DNA of 64,000 nucleotides from Octopus vulgaris (lineage: Eukaryota), in contig OX597822.1 of NCBI GenBank assembly GCA_951406725.2, forward strand, positions 64,046,001 to 64,110,000. Reading direction: 5' to 3'. Under the pieces are notes generated by a model that ran no database searches, was not told the origin of the DNA, and worked only from the letters and a program-made list of their open reading frames with translations. The translations under genes and the position numbers were made by a program. This document shows positions 40,693 through 54,205 of the stretch, in pieces (positions within the stretch are counted from its first letter, which is position 1; each line of letters starts with the position of its first letter).

Positions 40693-43151
40693 GTCTTAAT
40701 AATAATAATGCCTAAAGTTAGAGAAAAGGAGCTTAGTCGATAAAATATTTCACTGTTGGCACTTTATTTTGACGATCCCGGTGAAATGAAGAGCAAAGAA
40801 TTAAGAACCTAGGTGGAACTCGAACTCAGAAAAAAAAAACTACGAGGTACTTTTTTCCCGACGATTCTGCCAGCCAGCTCGCTGCGCTCACTTTTTTTTT
40901 CCAATAAAGTAACAATGACGGTAGTCGATTTAATCAACTTCAGTATTTTATCAAACTCTTACGAAATAAAGAAGCAGTAGAGCCGGGGGCCGGATTGGGA
41001 TTCACGAAATGAAAGACGGCAAAATTCATTTAGGTACAGCGTTTCACCGTTTACTGTCTCAAGTTGTCCAGTAGAAGAAAGAACAAAAAGAAAAAAGCAA
41101 AAAAGCTCACTATCCTAGGTCAAAAAACACACGACAGGTATTATTTAGATGTAATGATCCACCGTCATTATCACATAACAATTATTTCTTTTATTAGGTT
41201 ACAGGGGTATCAGATAAGGGGACAGCTAATAATAATTGTTCGTAATTTAGGCACAAGACTAGCAGCAACCTCGCACGCGAGCCTTTTTTTTTTTTTCTTT
41301 TGCTAAGGAGAGGGCTACACGACACCGCTGATGCCAGTACTTGATTAGAATTTTATTTTATCGATTCCGGGAAGGACGAAAAGCAACACTGATCTCGACG
41401 GGATTTGAACTTAGAACATAAAACAGCGAAAAAAAATTATCGCAAGATAATTTCGCCGATGCTTTAACGCGTCGCCCTGCTTGCTCATAATGCTGATTTC
41501 GACAGAAGACCAACGATTTTGACGAGAAGTTTAGTCGATATTATTGATCTTCCCACAGTTCCACTCCAGTACTAGACTAGTATTCTATTTTAGCGGCCCC
41601 GCAAAGATGACAAAGTAAAATTGATTACGATGAAATCAGAACGTAAAGAATAACAATATTGCTATTATTTGAAAGCATTATTATTATTATTATTACTACG
41701 AGACATTGCCTTTCATATAATTTCGGGGTCGATAAAATAAGCACCAGGCAAGTTCTGGGGTCGATGTATGTAACCAGCTATCCCTTCCCCGCCAAATTTC
41801 AAGCCTTGTGCCTATATAGAAAAAAAAAAAATTTTTATTGTTACTGCCCCGCAAATACTAATAATGCTTCCGGCATAGGCACAAGCCCCGATATTCTTTA
41901 CCTTATTTGCCTGTGAGGAATTAGTCGATATCATCGATCCCAATACTTGATTGGTACTTCATTGTATCGACCCCGAAGTGGACTTCGGCAGTATTTGAAC
42001 CGAGAACAAAAAGCCGGAAGATATACTGCAAGGTATATTTAATCCGTCGTTCTAACGGTTTTCCCAGTCCACCGTACTATACAAATTCACCTGAACAACA
42101 ATTTATTGTATAGATAGGCACGAAGCTAGAAATTTGGGAGTATTGGAAGGAACACGGAACACTCAATTATAATATCAGTCCCCGTATTTAACTAGTACTT
42201 TATTTTACCGTGTCCCAGAGACGAAAGCACACTTGACTTCAGCGGAATTTGAACACCCAATCACAAACAGACAGAATAGATGCCAAAAGGTATTTTTTTT
42301 CCGACGCACTAACGCTTCAGTTCAGACCCTTTAATGGAGCTTTGAATTGTTCTGTTGATGAAATTACCCTTCCAATTAGTTCGGTAGACTTTCAGTTGTT
42401 CATTAGTGTCCTGCAGAAACTAGTAATTTAATGTTTATATTGATTAGTTAAACGGTAAATAATATACCATGACGACGACGATGACGAATATATATTATTA
42501 CAAGCTTGCAAGTTCATAGGGATAAGATAGAATTGTGTGTGTGTGTGCGTGCTGCACATCTTTAGTGCATAGCAATGTTGAAAAGAAAAGATCAGTGTGT
42601 GTATACACACATTATTGATTCAAATAAATTAACTCTGATATAAAAATCATCCGTAAGTGTCTTTCACACTCACAAACACACATACACTCAAGGAAGATAC
42701 TGTAAATGTCTCAGCATACAGGAAAAACCCATTTCCCATTGTCTACAGCAACAACGGTGCATTGGAGAATCCTGCTCTCTACACCTGTCTGTCTATCTTT
42801 ATTCTAAACGAAACTTTGTAGCCGAGATGACGATGCTACTATGATACAGTCGTGCGAAGCGAAACGAACACAAATCTTGGTCAGTTTTGATAGCTTTTGT
42901 ATTCGTCCAAGCATGTTCAAGCCCTGTAGCCAACTATATATTTTTAATAATAATAATAATAAGGATGTGAATTGGTAGGGTCATTAGAATATCAAACAAA
43001 ATGCCTTGTGGTATTTCCTTTACGTTGTGAGTTCAAATCCTACCGAGTTCAGCTTTGACTGTTAATCTTTCGGACTTGACAAAATGTAACTATAACCCAT
43101 GTAGCGAGATCAGTTTAATCGGCAACCCTTCACACCACCAACAGATTTCTG

Positions 43152-43253
43152 GGCGGAGGTAAAGAATACGTACACCACCAGTTTTCGGCGTAACATAGAC
43201 CCTAATCCTGATTCCTACCTAAACACTGGGTGTGCGTATTCTTTAGCTTCGTC
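43152..43253. mobile_element. 102-bp MITE with perfect 8-bp TSD (Merlin- or hAT-sized TSD)
   Basis: TSD GATTTCTG at 43144-43151 and 43254-43261; TIR GGCGGAGGTAAAGAATACGTACACC / GGTGTGCGTATTCTTTAGCTTCGTC. Confidence 0.85.
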
Positions 43254-43992
43254 GATTTCTGTCCTTCTTCGTTAGAAACGGCAGTGCTTATTATTAATAA
43301 GGGTAGCGAGTTGGTAAAATCGTTGGCACGTCGGACAAAAACGCTTGGCGGCATTTCTTTCGGCTTTACGTTCTGAATTCAACATCGTATCGGAATCGAT
43401 AAAGTACCAGTTATGTACTGTAGTCGATTACATCGACTAACCTATTCCCCTAAAAAAAATCTCAGGTCTTGTTGAAAGGATTAATCTTGGAGGGTAGTGA
43501 GATGGCAGAGTCATCTGCTCGACGGACAAAATGTTTAGCGGCATTTCTTCCGGTTTTACGTTCCGAGTTCAAATTCTGCCGTGGTCGACTTTACCTTTCA
43601 TCCTTTCGGGGTCGATGAAATTAAGTACTAGTCAAATCCGGAGGTCGATGTATTCTACTAGCCCCACGCCTCCTAAAATTTCAGGCCTTGTGCTGATTAG
43701 TAGAAAGGATTTGTTAAAGGGACGGATAAACTGCCTTGTGCTCTTTCGTTACATTAATGTTCTGTGTTGAGTTTTCTAAGTGGCCGATGCTGATAAAATA
43801 AGCACTGGAATCAGTTACAGGCAAATTGTCTTATGATATTTAAAGTTATGTACCTATGTTCTGGGGGTCAACAATACTCAAGCTAGCTTTCATCCTTCCG
43901 AGATAGCTAAAATAAGTACCAGTGATTGATTGCACCTGTACCCATCATTAATTCTGTAGCCAAGTATCATGATCAAAAATTATTAACATTAC

Positions 43993-44060
43993 GGCCCTGT
44001 GGCGCAAGGGTAGCGCGTTCGACTCTATATCAGATTTCGTATTCGAATCCCACCGGAATA
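43993..44060 (+). pseudogene. Degenerate tRNA-like sequence (Trp/Arg-like)
   Basis: GGCCCTGTGGCGCAAGGGTAGCGCG A-box/D-arm and TTCGAATCC T-loop; acceptor and T stems broken. Confidence 0.6.
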
Positions 44061-47000
44061 TAGTATATAAATGTTGTATTTTAGAAGGAGCAAATAGCAG
44101 AATTGTTAAATTTATTTTTTTCCAGTTCAAATTCCAAGAACTCGTTTGGTTTCAATGGGCTAGCCTCTCCCAGCAAAATTATAGCTTTGTGCCTATGTTT
44201 AAAAGCAAGATGATTATTTAAGGGTGGTTAAGACGCCAGTGGGGGAAAAAACGCATCCGTATTTATTCCAACTCTTTACGTTCAGAGTTCGAAGCTCGTC
44301 GAGGACAGCTTTGCTTTTCATCATCCAGGGTCGATAAAATAAAGTACTAGTTAACTACTGAGGTCGATGTTGTCGATTAACCACCTTCTCATAATTTCTC
44401 ACCTTGTTGAGCTGAGGGAATCGGCAGAGAAAAAAAGTGAAAACTCTGGGTTCGGTTTCCCCAAGTTCAAATCTCAGCGGTATGATTGCCTTTCAGCGTG
44501 TGAGAAAATACGTACAAATATTATACACACATATTTATTATATATATACTTGTAGCCGCTGGTCTTGGCTACGATGGCGAGAACTAATGAACTGAGAGTT
44601 TATTCGTTTCACCAAAGGGGCTTTTCTATGTGGTCGATTTACATGTCAGAAACAACAGCCAAATAGTCCTAAAATTACACCCTAACTTAGATGAAGGACA
44701 CAGCATTCATAAAGTGGAATGCTTTTTTTAATCATAGGTATGCACGATCAGCAGAACTGACCTGGAGCTAGACAAAACTAGTTTATTCATTGAACTACAA
44801 CCTTCCCTCAAATAGTCCATCGCTTTATGCAAATGTAGAATCGTTAGAGCATCGGACAAAATATGATTTGCAGTATTTGTTCCGAGTTCAAATCCACTGA
44901 AGCCAATTTTGCTTTTTCATCCCTTCTAAGTCGATAAAAAGGCCGGTTTAATCGATAAACATCGTTTTCCCAGATGTCTGGCCTTGTGCTTATGTTGGAA
45001 ACAATTCATCAAGTCTTAACTATTACAACTTCCAGGGAGGGAGGGGAGGCTCGCGTGATTTGTTCCGGCTCTTTATTTCCTGAGTTCAAATCTCGCTGAA
45101 GTCAACTTTATCGTTTTGGGGTCGATGCCATCAACTAACCCCACCACTTCAAAACTGCTGGTCTTCTGTCGAAATTAAAAACTACTATTAAATGTAATAA
45201 AATGACAAGTTGCATTTCGTTCTTTCTTTCTTGCTCCGAGTTAATATTTTCTTTTATTATAATTCCATCTCGATCCCAGAAAGATGGAAGGAAAAATTAT
45301 CCATTAGAGGATTTGAACTCTCAATATAAAGAGCTATAACTAAATGCCGTAAGCGATTTTGTTCGACGCTTTAGCGATTCTTGACAATTCACCGACCACA
45401 GTCGTCTTCGCCTTTCTTTCATCCTTCCGAAATAGCAAAAAGTCTCGGTAATATATATATTGGAATCGGTTAAATTCTATAATAACCCTCCTCTACGAGT
45501 TTGAGACAGTGTGTCGCAGAAAAACGGTGTCTTTTGAATTACTTCTTGACAATATCGCCCGTTTCCTTTTAACAGTCGGAAGCCTTGTAGGGCGATAAAC
45601 ATTTTTGTTTTAACTAGAAAATGAAGGACTGCAAGCGGGAGGTGTCGGTCAGTCGTGTCATCTGACCGAATCAATCGGGTATTTTAGGCCTCTGCATCCA
45701 AAAATTCTCGGACACTCTAGCCACGGGTTATATAGGGCAAAATGCACACACAACCTTCTCTTACTGGTCGCTGTTCAGTAATCATCTATCTATATATATA
45801 TATATATATATCAAGATTTTAATCATCTGCTTCTTTCTTCTCTTTTCAAAGAGAAGCAACACATGTAAGAATGTTCACACACTACTAGGATATTTCTCTC
45901 TCTTTTTTTTCCTGCTTCTAGTAACGAAGCGAACAAAGTCCAGCTAAATCGACTTACAATTTTTAGTATTTCTTCATATACAAGGGTTTTTTTTTAAGTG
46001 ACAGAAACGTATAAACTTGACGGAAATCTCATCTCGCACACACATACATACATAATTTCATCCTCTTTATCTTTCTTTCCATACATACATTCATATATAC
46101 ACGGTATACGACGAGGCAGTGCTCTGGTGAAATCGGTGAATAGGAAAAAAAGGTTCCCTGTATAGTATCCTTTAAAAGGGGACTTTTCCGTGCCGAGTGT
46201 GTGTGTGTGTATAATATATAACTAAAGGAAACTACTAATTTCTACAGGAATGAACAGTAAGCAATCTTAAAACTATGGGAATGAATTGACAGGTTTGTCA
46301 ACTATCTATATTGAAGAAACGGGAAAAGACGAAATAGCAAATACAGCTATGAAATCCGGGATTTCTTCAGTATCCCGCCCCTCATAACTTTTCATTAATT
46401 TTAAGTTGATAACCATTTGGAGCATTTTATTAAGCTTTGGATATGGAAGAACTAAGAAGAAAAAAAAACCAACAATGGGGTGAACTTTTTTGCAGATGTG
46501 CACGGACACACATTATATAGGCTTATATATAATTTGCACAGGCATACACTGAGTAGATATTGTTGTTTAACAGCAGATCAACCCTAATTTAGCAAACCTA
46601 TGATCAAAGACATTCCACTCATGACCATCCTGTATTGCACCTCAGTGGGTTAAATCTAGGATTACAATTTCTAATAGTCTTTCCTTTTAAGAGTGGCATG
46701 TGATTTGAGAAATTTGGCTGCTATTTCTAGCATATAAAAGTAACAATGTAGCAGCTTCCTATGTATGTGCAAATATGTGTACAAATATTTATTTTTATCG
46801 ATATTTATTGTAGTTTTATTTTCTTTATGTATTTCCGTGTGAATGTATTTAAGTGTGGGTGTGTGCAATTATATATATTTTTTATAGTAGCATTCCTGTT
46901 ATTTACTTTTGTATGAAAGTATATTTAACTCAGCAGAATAGATTTTTTAACAAATCCGATAGTCAATATATAGTTTTCACGCTATTTGAATTGGTTTTTA

Positions 47001-48162
47001 TCGTATTATTATTATTATTTATTTGTTTGTTTGTTTGTAACGGTCAAGGAGCAAATGTTAAAATCAAGCTCTGAAACGATGAGACTTTATTGCAATAAAA
47101 TAAATCTAGTTATTCTCTTTATTATCCCCCCCCCCCCCCAAACCAACAACGATCAACAGATACATCGTATACATACATACATACATATATATATATATAG
47201 CCGGTAATAATGTATGTATGTATGTATGTGTGTGCGGAAAATCAGTTATCTTCATATTCTGCTTTGCTTGCTAGCTACACACATACATTCTTATTGAACG
47301 TTGCTATCCTTTAACCCCGGATAGAATTTCATGTTTTATAGCTGAGTGAATACGGGTAGAAATGCTGGGTGTCAATAGGTGAAAAGAAAGTGTTAAATTA
47401 CCAGACGAGAACAGTCAGCAAGGGGTAACAGCTCTTTCAGGAGCAAGTAGACCTGCTGGCTGACCAACGAGGGAAAGAAAATAAAATAAAAAAGGAAATT
47501 GAGCGAATAAATTACTAAAAATGAAAATCTTCCTACCTTTAACGGTTAAAGTAAGGAATCCGATTGTCCAAATAAAAGTTAAGGTCACCGAAAAAAAGGA
47601 CCGACTGACTGTCCATCTGCTTTCTGGTAGAAGTTTCAATCCGATTTTCGCCATTGCCCCGGCCCAGATAGATGGGCCCTCACCAAGGTGTCGGTCTATT
47701 GATGTATGTACACTGAACTATTACATTCACAGTCAGTGTAGTATGTGTATGTGTGTGTATATATAATTATAAATAATTGGAGGGTGTAAAAATTGTCCTA
47801 GTGTTGTAGACAAGGAACCAGGTTTCAGGTGGTGTGTACAAACAATTTATGTATGTACATGTGTGGGGTAAATGTGTTGGAAAAGAAAAAAAAATTACAA
47901 TACCAAAATCTGATTAGAGAAAAACAATGAATGTATAAAACAAATATGTATGTTTCTTTGGTTTAATATTCAATGACTTTTTTACTGTCGTGATATATTT
48001 TTTCGGTGAAAAATAAATATGAACAGAAAACTAAATAATCCGGAAATTTATCTATCTTAGGAGTCTAACCCTACAGTCATGTTTTCCCTTCATATCATTT
48101 CAAATCTTCCCCCCTTTTGTCAGTCAAAAAGATAACATCTTTATTCAAATATAAATATATCA

Positions 48163-48208
<46 letters not shown>

Positions 48209-48899
48209 TCACACAAACTTCGCTCTTTCTACTGCAGGTGTCCGTTTCTTAGGGTTTTTCTTTTCTTTATATAGACGTGGTCCACGAATAGAAGGTAAAT
48301 ATCCTTGAGCAGGTAAAATCCGGAAAGGTAAACCGTGGGTGGGCCATCAAAACTTAATACCTACTAATAACTACGCTATTTATACTAGCTATAGTAATTT
48401 CTAAAGGGGAAGAGAAACCTAGCATATGACAGTAAAACCGGCGAGTCTATCACTATTAATATAATACTACAATAAGTGTTGTTGATAGATGCATATATAA
48501 ATAATATATTCTATAAATTATCTGTTTATGTATATGTAAAGGTGGTTTTTATGTTTTGCATGTGAAAAAATGTGTCAGTACGTTGGTTCCTATTAATTCT
48601 TTAAAGTCGGTGTTTGTGTTAGAAAACTCGAATATTTATTTCTTCCCAGCAGATTGTGCGTAAACATGTATGTATATACACACATATATGTTTTATCAGT
48701 AGGCCGGCACTCAAATATATCGTGTGTACATATAAATATATATACGAATATAATCCGTGTGCAGATTACGGTGTGTGTAGATATACAGGGTGTATATGTA
48801 TATTAAAATAAAACATCAACACAAGTATGTCCTGCAAGTGCAGTTGGTATATTATGAACCCATTTCCTGGTCGCTCATATATATATTTCTCCACAGATT

Positions 48900-49860
48900 T
48901 CTTATTTCTTCTTCTTTGAAATATCCTTTCGTCAGTTAAAAAATCCAAACTAATTTTAATTAATCGTCCGTACACAGATCTCGCTTTCTTGCATGTGTTC
49001 GTATTTCTTCCTCTCTCTTGCTTTCATTTCAGCTTTCAACAAATACCTCGATCAGCTATTTTATTTTCAGTCCAGATTCAATTCGAACTCGAGGTACTTT
49101 GGTTTGTATTAGCTTCGTTGTTGTTGATGGTTGCTGTCACCAAGTTATTGATGCGATTGTTGTTATAATAATTATTTGTTGATTTCGCTTTTTCCTTCTT
49201 TTTTTTCTTTCTTTTAAACGGGAAAGTAATAAGAGGGGTGGGTTTAAAAAAACCAAAAGGGCACCCCCTTCTTTCCAAGTTAAAGTTGCTAATACAAAGC
49301 TTTGTAGTAGAATGGAAGAAAAGGAAACTGCTGGTAGCGTAAAGCCAGAGCTGCTGCGGTTAATAGAGAAACAGCCCGGACCACCATACTGCCTCTACTT
49401 GCTTCAAAACTGAGACTAACAGTGAGGGGGAAAGGAGGAGAGGCTGGAGGTATAATGCTGGTAGAGAGAGGAGTTACAACATGCATATAGAGAGGGTGAT
49501 AATTTGTAGTGGTTTGTTAGTAGCTGAGGCAGAGGAAGAGTGAGAGAGAGAAAAGAAGGCAGCGCTAGATGAGTGAGAGTGGAGGAAGAGGAGTAAGAGG
49601 CAAAGTGAAGACGGAGAAAACGAGAACGAGTGAGTGAAAGCGAGAGAGAGGGTAAGACTAGTAAAGGGAGTGAAAAAAAAAAGCGGGTGTGATTTGGTTA
49701 TAGAAGAAGGGGGCTAGCTGAGTGCGGCGATGAGACAAGCAGGGAACAGGAGGACAAGAAAGAGGAGAGAAATGGAATGAAAGAAAAAAATAGGGAGCAA
49801 GTGGATGATAGTAAGTTAAGCGTAGGGGGTAAAAAGAGGGTAAGGAATGAAAGACAGAAA
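48900..49860 (-). promoter_or_regulatory. Putative promoter and 5'UTR exon of a minus-strand gene
   Basis: SINE-free unique region; long GA/CT-rich tract 49500-49860; Inr-like TCAGTT (rc 49408-49413); possible donor GAG|GTATTT at ~49047. Confidence 0.35.
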
Positions 49861-52120
49861 GAGTGCGTATTTATTTATTATGTGTAGAAGAGAATAGAGA
49901 AGTTGTGTGTTCGCTGTATGTGTATACGAGTGTCTATCCGTCAGTCTGTATATATGTTTAAATGTATGTTTGTATGTACTTGTGTATATGTCAACGAATT
50001 AACATGTAAATTTATGCCCCCAAGTATATAATATATGTGTGTGTGTGTGTGCGTGTGAATGTGTATATCTATCTCTCACCGTGTGTGTGTATATATATAG
50101 TGTATATATGTATGTATGTGCGTGTGTGTGTGTGTGTCACATGTGTATATGTATCTACGCTCGCTTTACTAGCGTGCGCTTATGTGTCTGTGTATATCTA
50201 TTGAAACACATGCATGTGTGTATGTGTGCGTGTGTGAAATACGGAAGCACACACACGCATGCGTGTGTGTAACAGGGAGTTAAAGGGGATACGCGTGTGT
50301 GCATATGTATATAGCGTGTATGTATCAGTCAAGGAAGAGGATGTGTGTGTGTGTGTGTTTATGCGTATATCTTAGAATTAATATAGTGTAAACGTGTGTG
50401 TATATGTATATTGGTAAATTAGTATAGAGTATGAATGTGTGCTTATATATGGGGATGTCAGTCTTTTAAATGTATGCGTTTATATATCAGAAAAATAAGC
50501 GAGTGTGTGTATTTATGTGCGTGTGTATATTTATGTACTTGTATAATGTATCTCAGTAAAGTGCGTGTGTATATAAACACGTGTGTGCATTTGTGTTTGC
50601 ATGTTTATCAGTGAATTAAGGTTGTATGTGTGCGATTAAATATCTATAATGTATGTATTTGTTCGTGAATTAAGGTAGCACTTGGGTGTGTGTTAGCAAT
50701 GCACACATAAGTTTATATATGTGGATATATGCACACGTGTATGTGTGCATGGAATCATGACTCGGTAGATGTGCACGTACGCACGAGGCGTGTGTGTTCG
50801 TCGGTGTGTGCGCGTGTGTCTGTCAATGAATTAACATCGTACATGCGTGTGTGCAATACATGTGTCTGTGTGTTCAAGAGTGAAGAGATGAGGGAGATTA
50901 CACGCTTGTGGCGGCCAGTGTAGGAAGATTGAGGAAGGGGCTGGATATGAGAAGGATGAAAAAGTAAAAAGATAGGGGATAGTGGGAGGTATAGAGTAAC
51001 GTAAGGGGAGAGGTGAGAGAAGAACATAGGCGTTCAATAGGAGGGGGTGGAAGTAGGCTTTTAAAAAATAGAAGGCAAGAGAAAGGATGCTAATGGCTAA
51101 AGGTTCTGAAGGGGACGTGAATAATGGTTATATAGAGGATAGAGAGTGAACGTTGCAGCAATGGTGGAGGTGATGGTGGTGTGACGGCTATAGTAGTCAT
51201 GGTGATAGTATTGGCAAGGACTTGCTCTTAATGTTGATAGTGATAATGATGTTGGTTATGGTAGTAGTAGAAGTGGTGGCGATGCTGGTATTGAGTGGTA
51301 GAACGTTTTCGTTGATGTTGATAGTTGTGTTGTTGAGTTACTAAGATAGATTCAGCCATGATCGAAAAACATAGATCTATATAGATCAAAGAATTTCAGC
51401 CTTGACCAGCTTTTAGATGTATTTAGGACATTGCATTATCTAAAGCATCCTTATCCGTTTTAAGACAGTGAGAAGCGGTGTGTGGCTATTATTTCTAGCA
51501 GATCTAGCAGCCACAGACTGACACCCTGTTAAGCCTCATTTTGGTTGATGTTAAGTGTAGTTTTTTGGTGGGGAGTTGTTGGCGGTGAGACTTAAAAAAA
51601 TTTTGTTTTATTTTGCTAGTATTGTTGTTGTTGTTGTAGTGATTGTTATAACGGTTCTGTTTGTTCCGTTGTTTAGCCCCGGGTCAGGTGTGGATCAAGC
51701 AGACCTAAGATCAAAGTCAATCAAACTACAGATGGTATGGTATTACAAAACCATACCAGCTTTTTTTTCTTCTACCTCTAGGAAAAAAACGAGACCACAA
51801 AATCATTCATTATACAACATATCTTTTCCTGAGAATCGAGGAAACATTGGCTGATATTTTTAACAGGTTTCGAGCGACTTTGACGAAACTCTCTCGTTGG
51901 TTCGTAGTCGCAGCAGCGGCGGTAGCGATGTGGGTCGAGCTGTTGTTGCTGTTAGCCTCAGGTCAGCGCTGATTAAACAAACCAATAATGAAAGATATTC
52001 CAACTATGGCTAATTTTGTCTTTTTCTATACCTCGGACTACATTACACAAACGTGCCTTCATTTTTTTAAAAAAAGGTAGGGTGTTTTTGAGAAAGATTT
52101 GGTAGCTATTTTTTCCTAGT

Positions 52121-52170
<50 letters not shown>

Positions 52171-52172
<2 letters not shown>

Positions 52173-52382
52173 ACTCTTTTACTCGTTTCAGTCATTTGAC
52201 TGCAGCCATGCTGGAGCACCGCCTTTAGTCGAGCAAATCGACCCCAGGACTTATTCTTTGTAAGCCTAGTACTTATTCTATCGTTCCCTTTTGCCGAACC
52301 GCTAAGTTACGGGGACGTAAACACACCAGCATCGGTTGTCAAGCAATGGTGGGGGACAAACACAGACACACAAACACACACA

Positions 52383-52454
<72 letters not shown>

Positions 52455-52629
52455 CATGTATAAGACGGGCTTCTTTCAGTTTCTGTCAACCAAATCCACT
52501 CACAAGGCTTTGGCCGGCCCGAGACTATAGTAGAAGAAAGACACTTGCCCAAGGTGCCACGCAGTGGGACTGAACCCGGAACCATATGGTTGGTAAGCAA
52601 GCTATTTACCACACAGCCTCTCCGGCGCC
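52171..52629 (-). mobile_element. Young full-length family-A SINE
   Basis: Complete head to tail with internal (CA)n, adjacent to (CT)n. Confidence 0.92.
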
Positions 52630-52841
52630 TATATAGTTGGCTGAAAAACTTGTACAAGTTAGTTGCGTTAGTGGTATTGTCGGTGTTGTTGTTCAGCCCC
52701 AGGTCAGTCCTTCTCCAGCAGACATATGGTCAAAGGCGCTCTTGTTATGACCATCCAGTTATTCTATATATTGGGGACTACATTGTCCAACATATCCTTT
52801 AATTAGCACGGGTGTGATTTGGGGGAAGATTTGTAAATTTA

Positions 52842-53225
52842 TAGGTGCAGGCGTGGCTGTGTGGTAAAAAGCTTGCTTCCCAAGTACATGGTTCTAGGTT
52901 CAATCCCACTGCGTGGCACCTTAAGCAAGTGTCTTCTATTATAGCTTCGCGTCGCCCAAAGCCTAGTGAGTGGATTTGGTTGATAGAAATTGAAAGAATC
53001 CCGTTGTACATATGTGTGTGTGAGAGAGAATTCCTGAGTCTGTTTGCCCCACCACCACCGCTCGACAACTTGCGTTGGTGTATTTGAGTCCCCGTAACTT
53101 AGCGATTCCACAAAAGAGATCGATAGAGTAAGTAGCAGGCTTAAAGAGAAAAGAAATACTAGGGTCGATTCATTTGACTAAAAAATTCTTGGAGGTGCTC
53201 CAGCATGGCCGCAGTCTAATGAGTG
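52842..53225 (+). mobile_element. Family-A SINE, inverted relative to 52171-52629
   Basis: GGTGCAGGCGTGGCTGTGTGG head to GCAGTCTAATGA. Confidence 0.85.
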
Positions 53226-53394
53226 CGAACACCTAGTAATCATTCTGTCTTTCTCTTGTGCAGGGAGCCAGGATAACGTTATCCAATGAATTGTATTTTT
53301 AAGACAAAAAGGATGATTTGAAAGTGATTCGGCTGCTTTTTCTTGCTGATCAAGCGACTTAGTAAAGGCATTATTATTATTGATCTTAATCCTT

Positions 53395-53603
53395 TCCATT
53401 AAAGGCACAAGGCCCGAAATTTTGGGGGAAGAGCTAATCGATTATATCGACCCCCAATACGCAACTGGTAGTTATTTAATCGACTCCGAAAGAATGAAAG
53501 GCAAAGTCGACCTCGGCGAAATTTGAACTCAGAATGTAAAGACGGACGAAATGCTGCTAAGCATTTTCCCGTCATGCTAACGATTCTGCCATCTCGCCGC
53601 CTT
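53395..53603 (-). mobile_element. Family-B SINE with the older tail
   Basis: AAGGCACAAGGCCCGAAATTTTGGGG tail; TCGCCGCC head. Confidence 0.85.
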
Positions 53604-54074
53604 AAATTACTGATCTTAATAATAGAGATATCCTGGCCGTCGTTGTCCTCGTTGTTGTCGTGGTTATTGTTTTACGACATCCTTCTCAAACTTAACACCA
53701 TTGTTTTTTATAAAATTGTTGTGGATTGTTTAGATCAGGCCTGACCGTGATCAGAAGTATCATTGTAATGGTCATCTCGTCTTTCTGTTGAACACGGTCT
53801 ATCTGGTGTACTTCCCTTCCTCACCGACATTGTTTTGTAAAGATGATAGTCTACTGGGCGTATAATCTACCTGAGGTTATTACACAGCAGAAACTATTAA
53901 AAAAAAAAAACCTTTGCCTATCGAGAGCAGCGAAATATAGGCTGGCCTGGATACCCCATCTCTGTCAGGCTTTCTTACAGTCACTATGGAGGGGAAGAAG
54001 AGGTGGAAACAAAGATTCGTACTTTTAGATCAAATACTCTCTCTCTCTCTCTCCCAATGTTTCCCTCGTCTCTT

Positions 54075-54205
54075 TTTTCTGAAAAAGGACTAACGTCCGA
54101 AACGTTAGAGCGCTCTATGAGCATTTCAAATACTCGTCTCAAGTTATCAACTTATACTGTATTCGCTGTAGTTTTTCTTTCTGTGTTATGTTTTATAACT
54201 TTACA
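54075..54205 (+). mobile_element. Penelope-like 3' end fragment with a degenerate minimal type-I hammerhead (54079-54110)
   Basis: CTGAAAA-A-GGAC-TAAC-GTCC-GAAA-CGTT; downstream similar to rc of 57838-57930; ends at TA/TG microsatellite. Confidence 0.55.

Larger units (their letters stand above)
40728..45430. mobile_element. Dense nest of old, diverged family-B SINE copies in both orientations
   Basis: Many GAGTTCAAAT / GTCGATAAAA / ATTTGAAC motifs, mostly - before ~42.3 kb and mostly + after ~42.9 kb. Confidence 0.75.

Noticed and set aside
43492-43504. Match to the 3' half of miR-71 (GGGTAGTGAGATG)
   Set aside because: Part of a diverged SINE-B head; no seed or hairpin.
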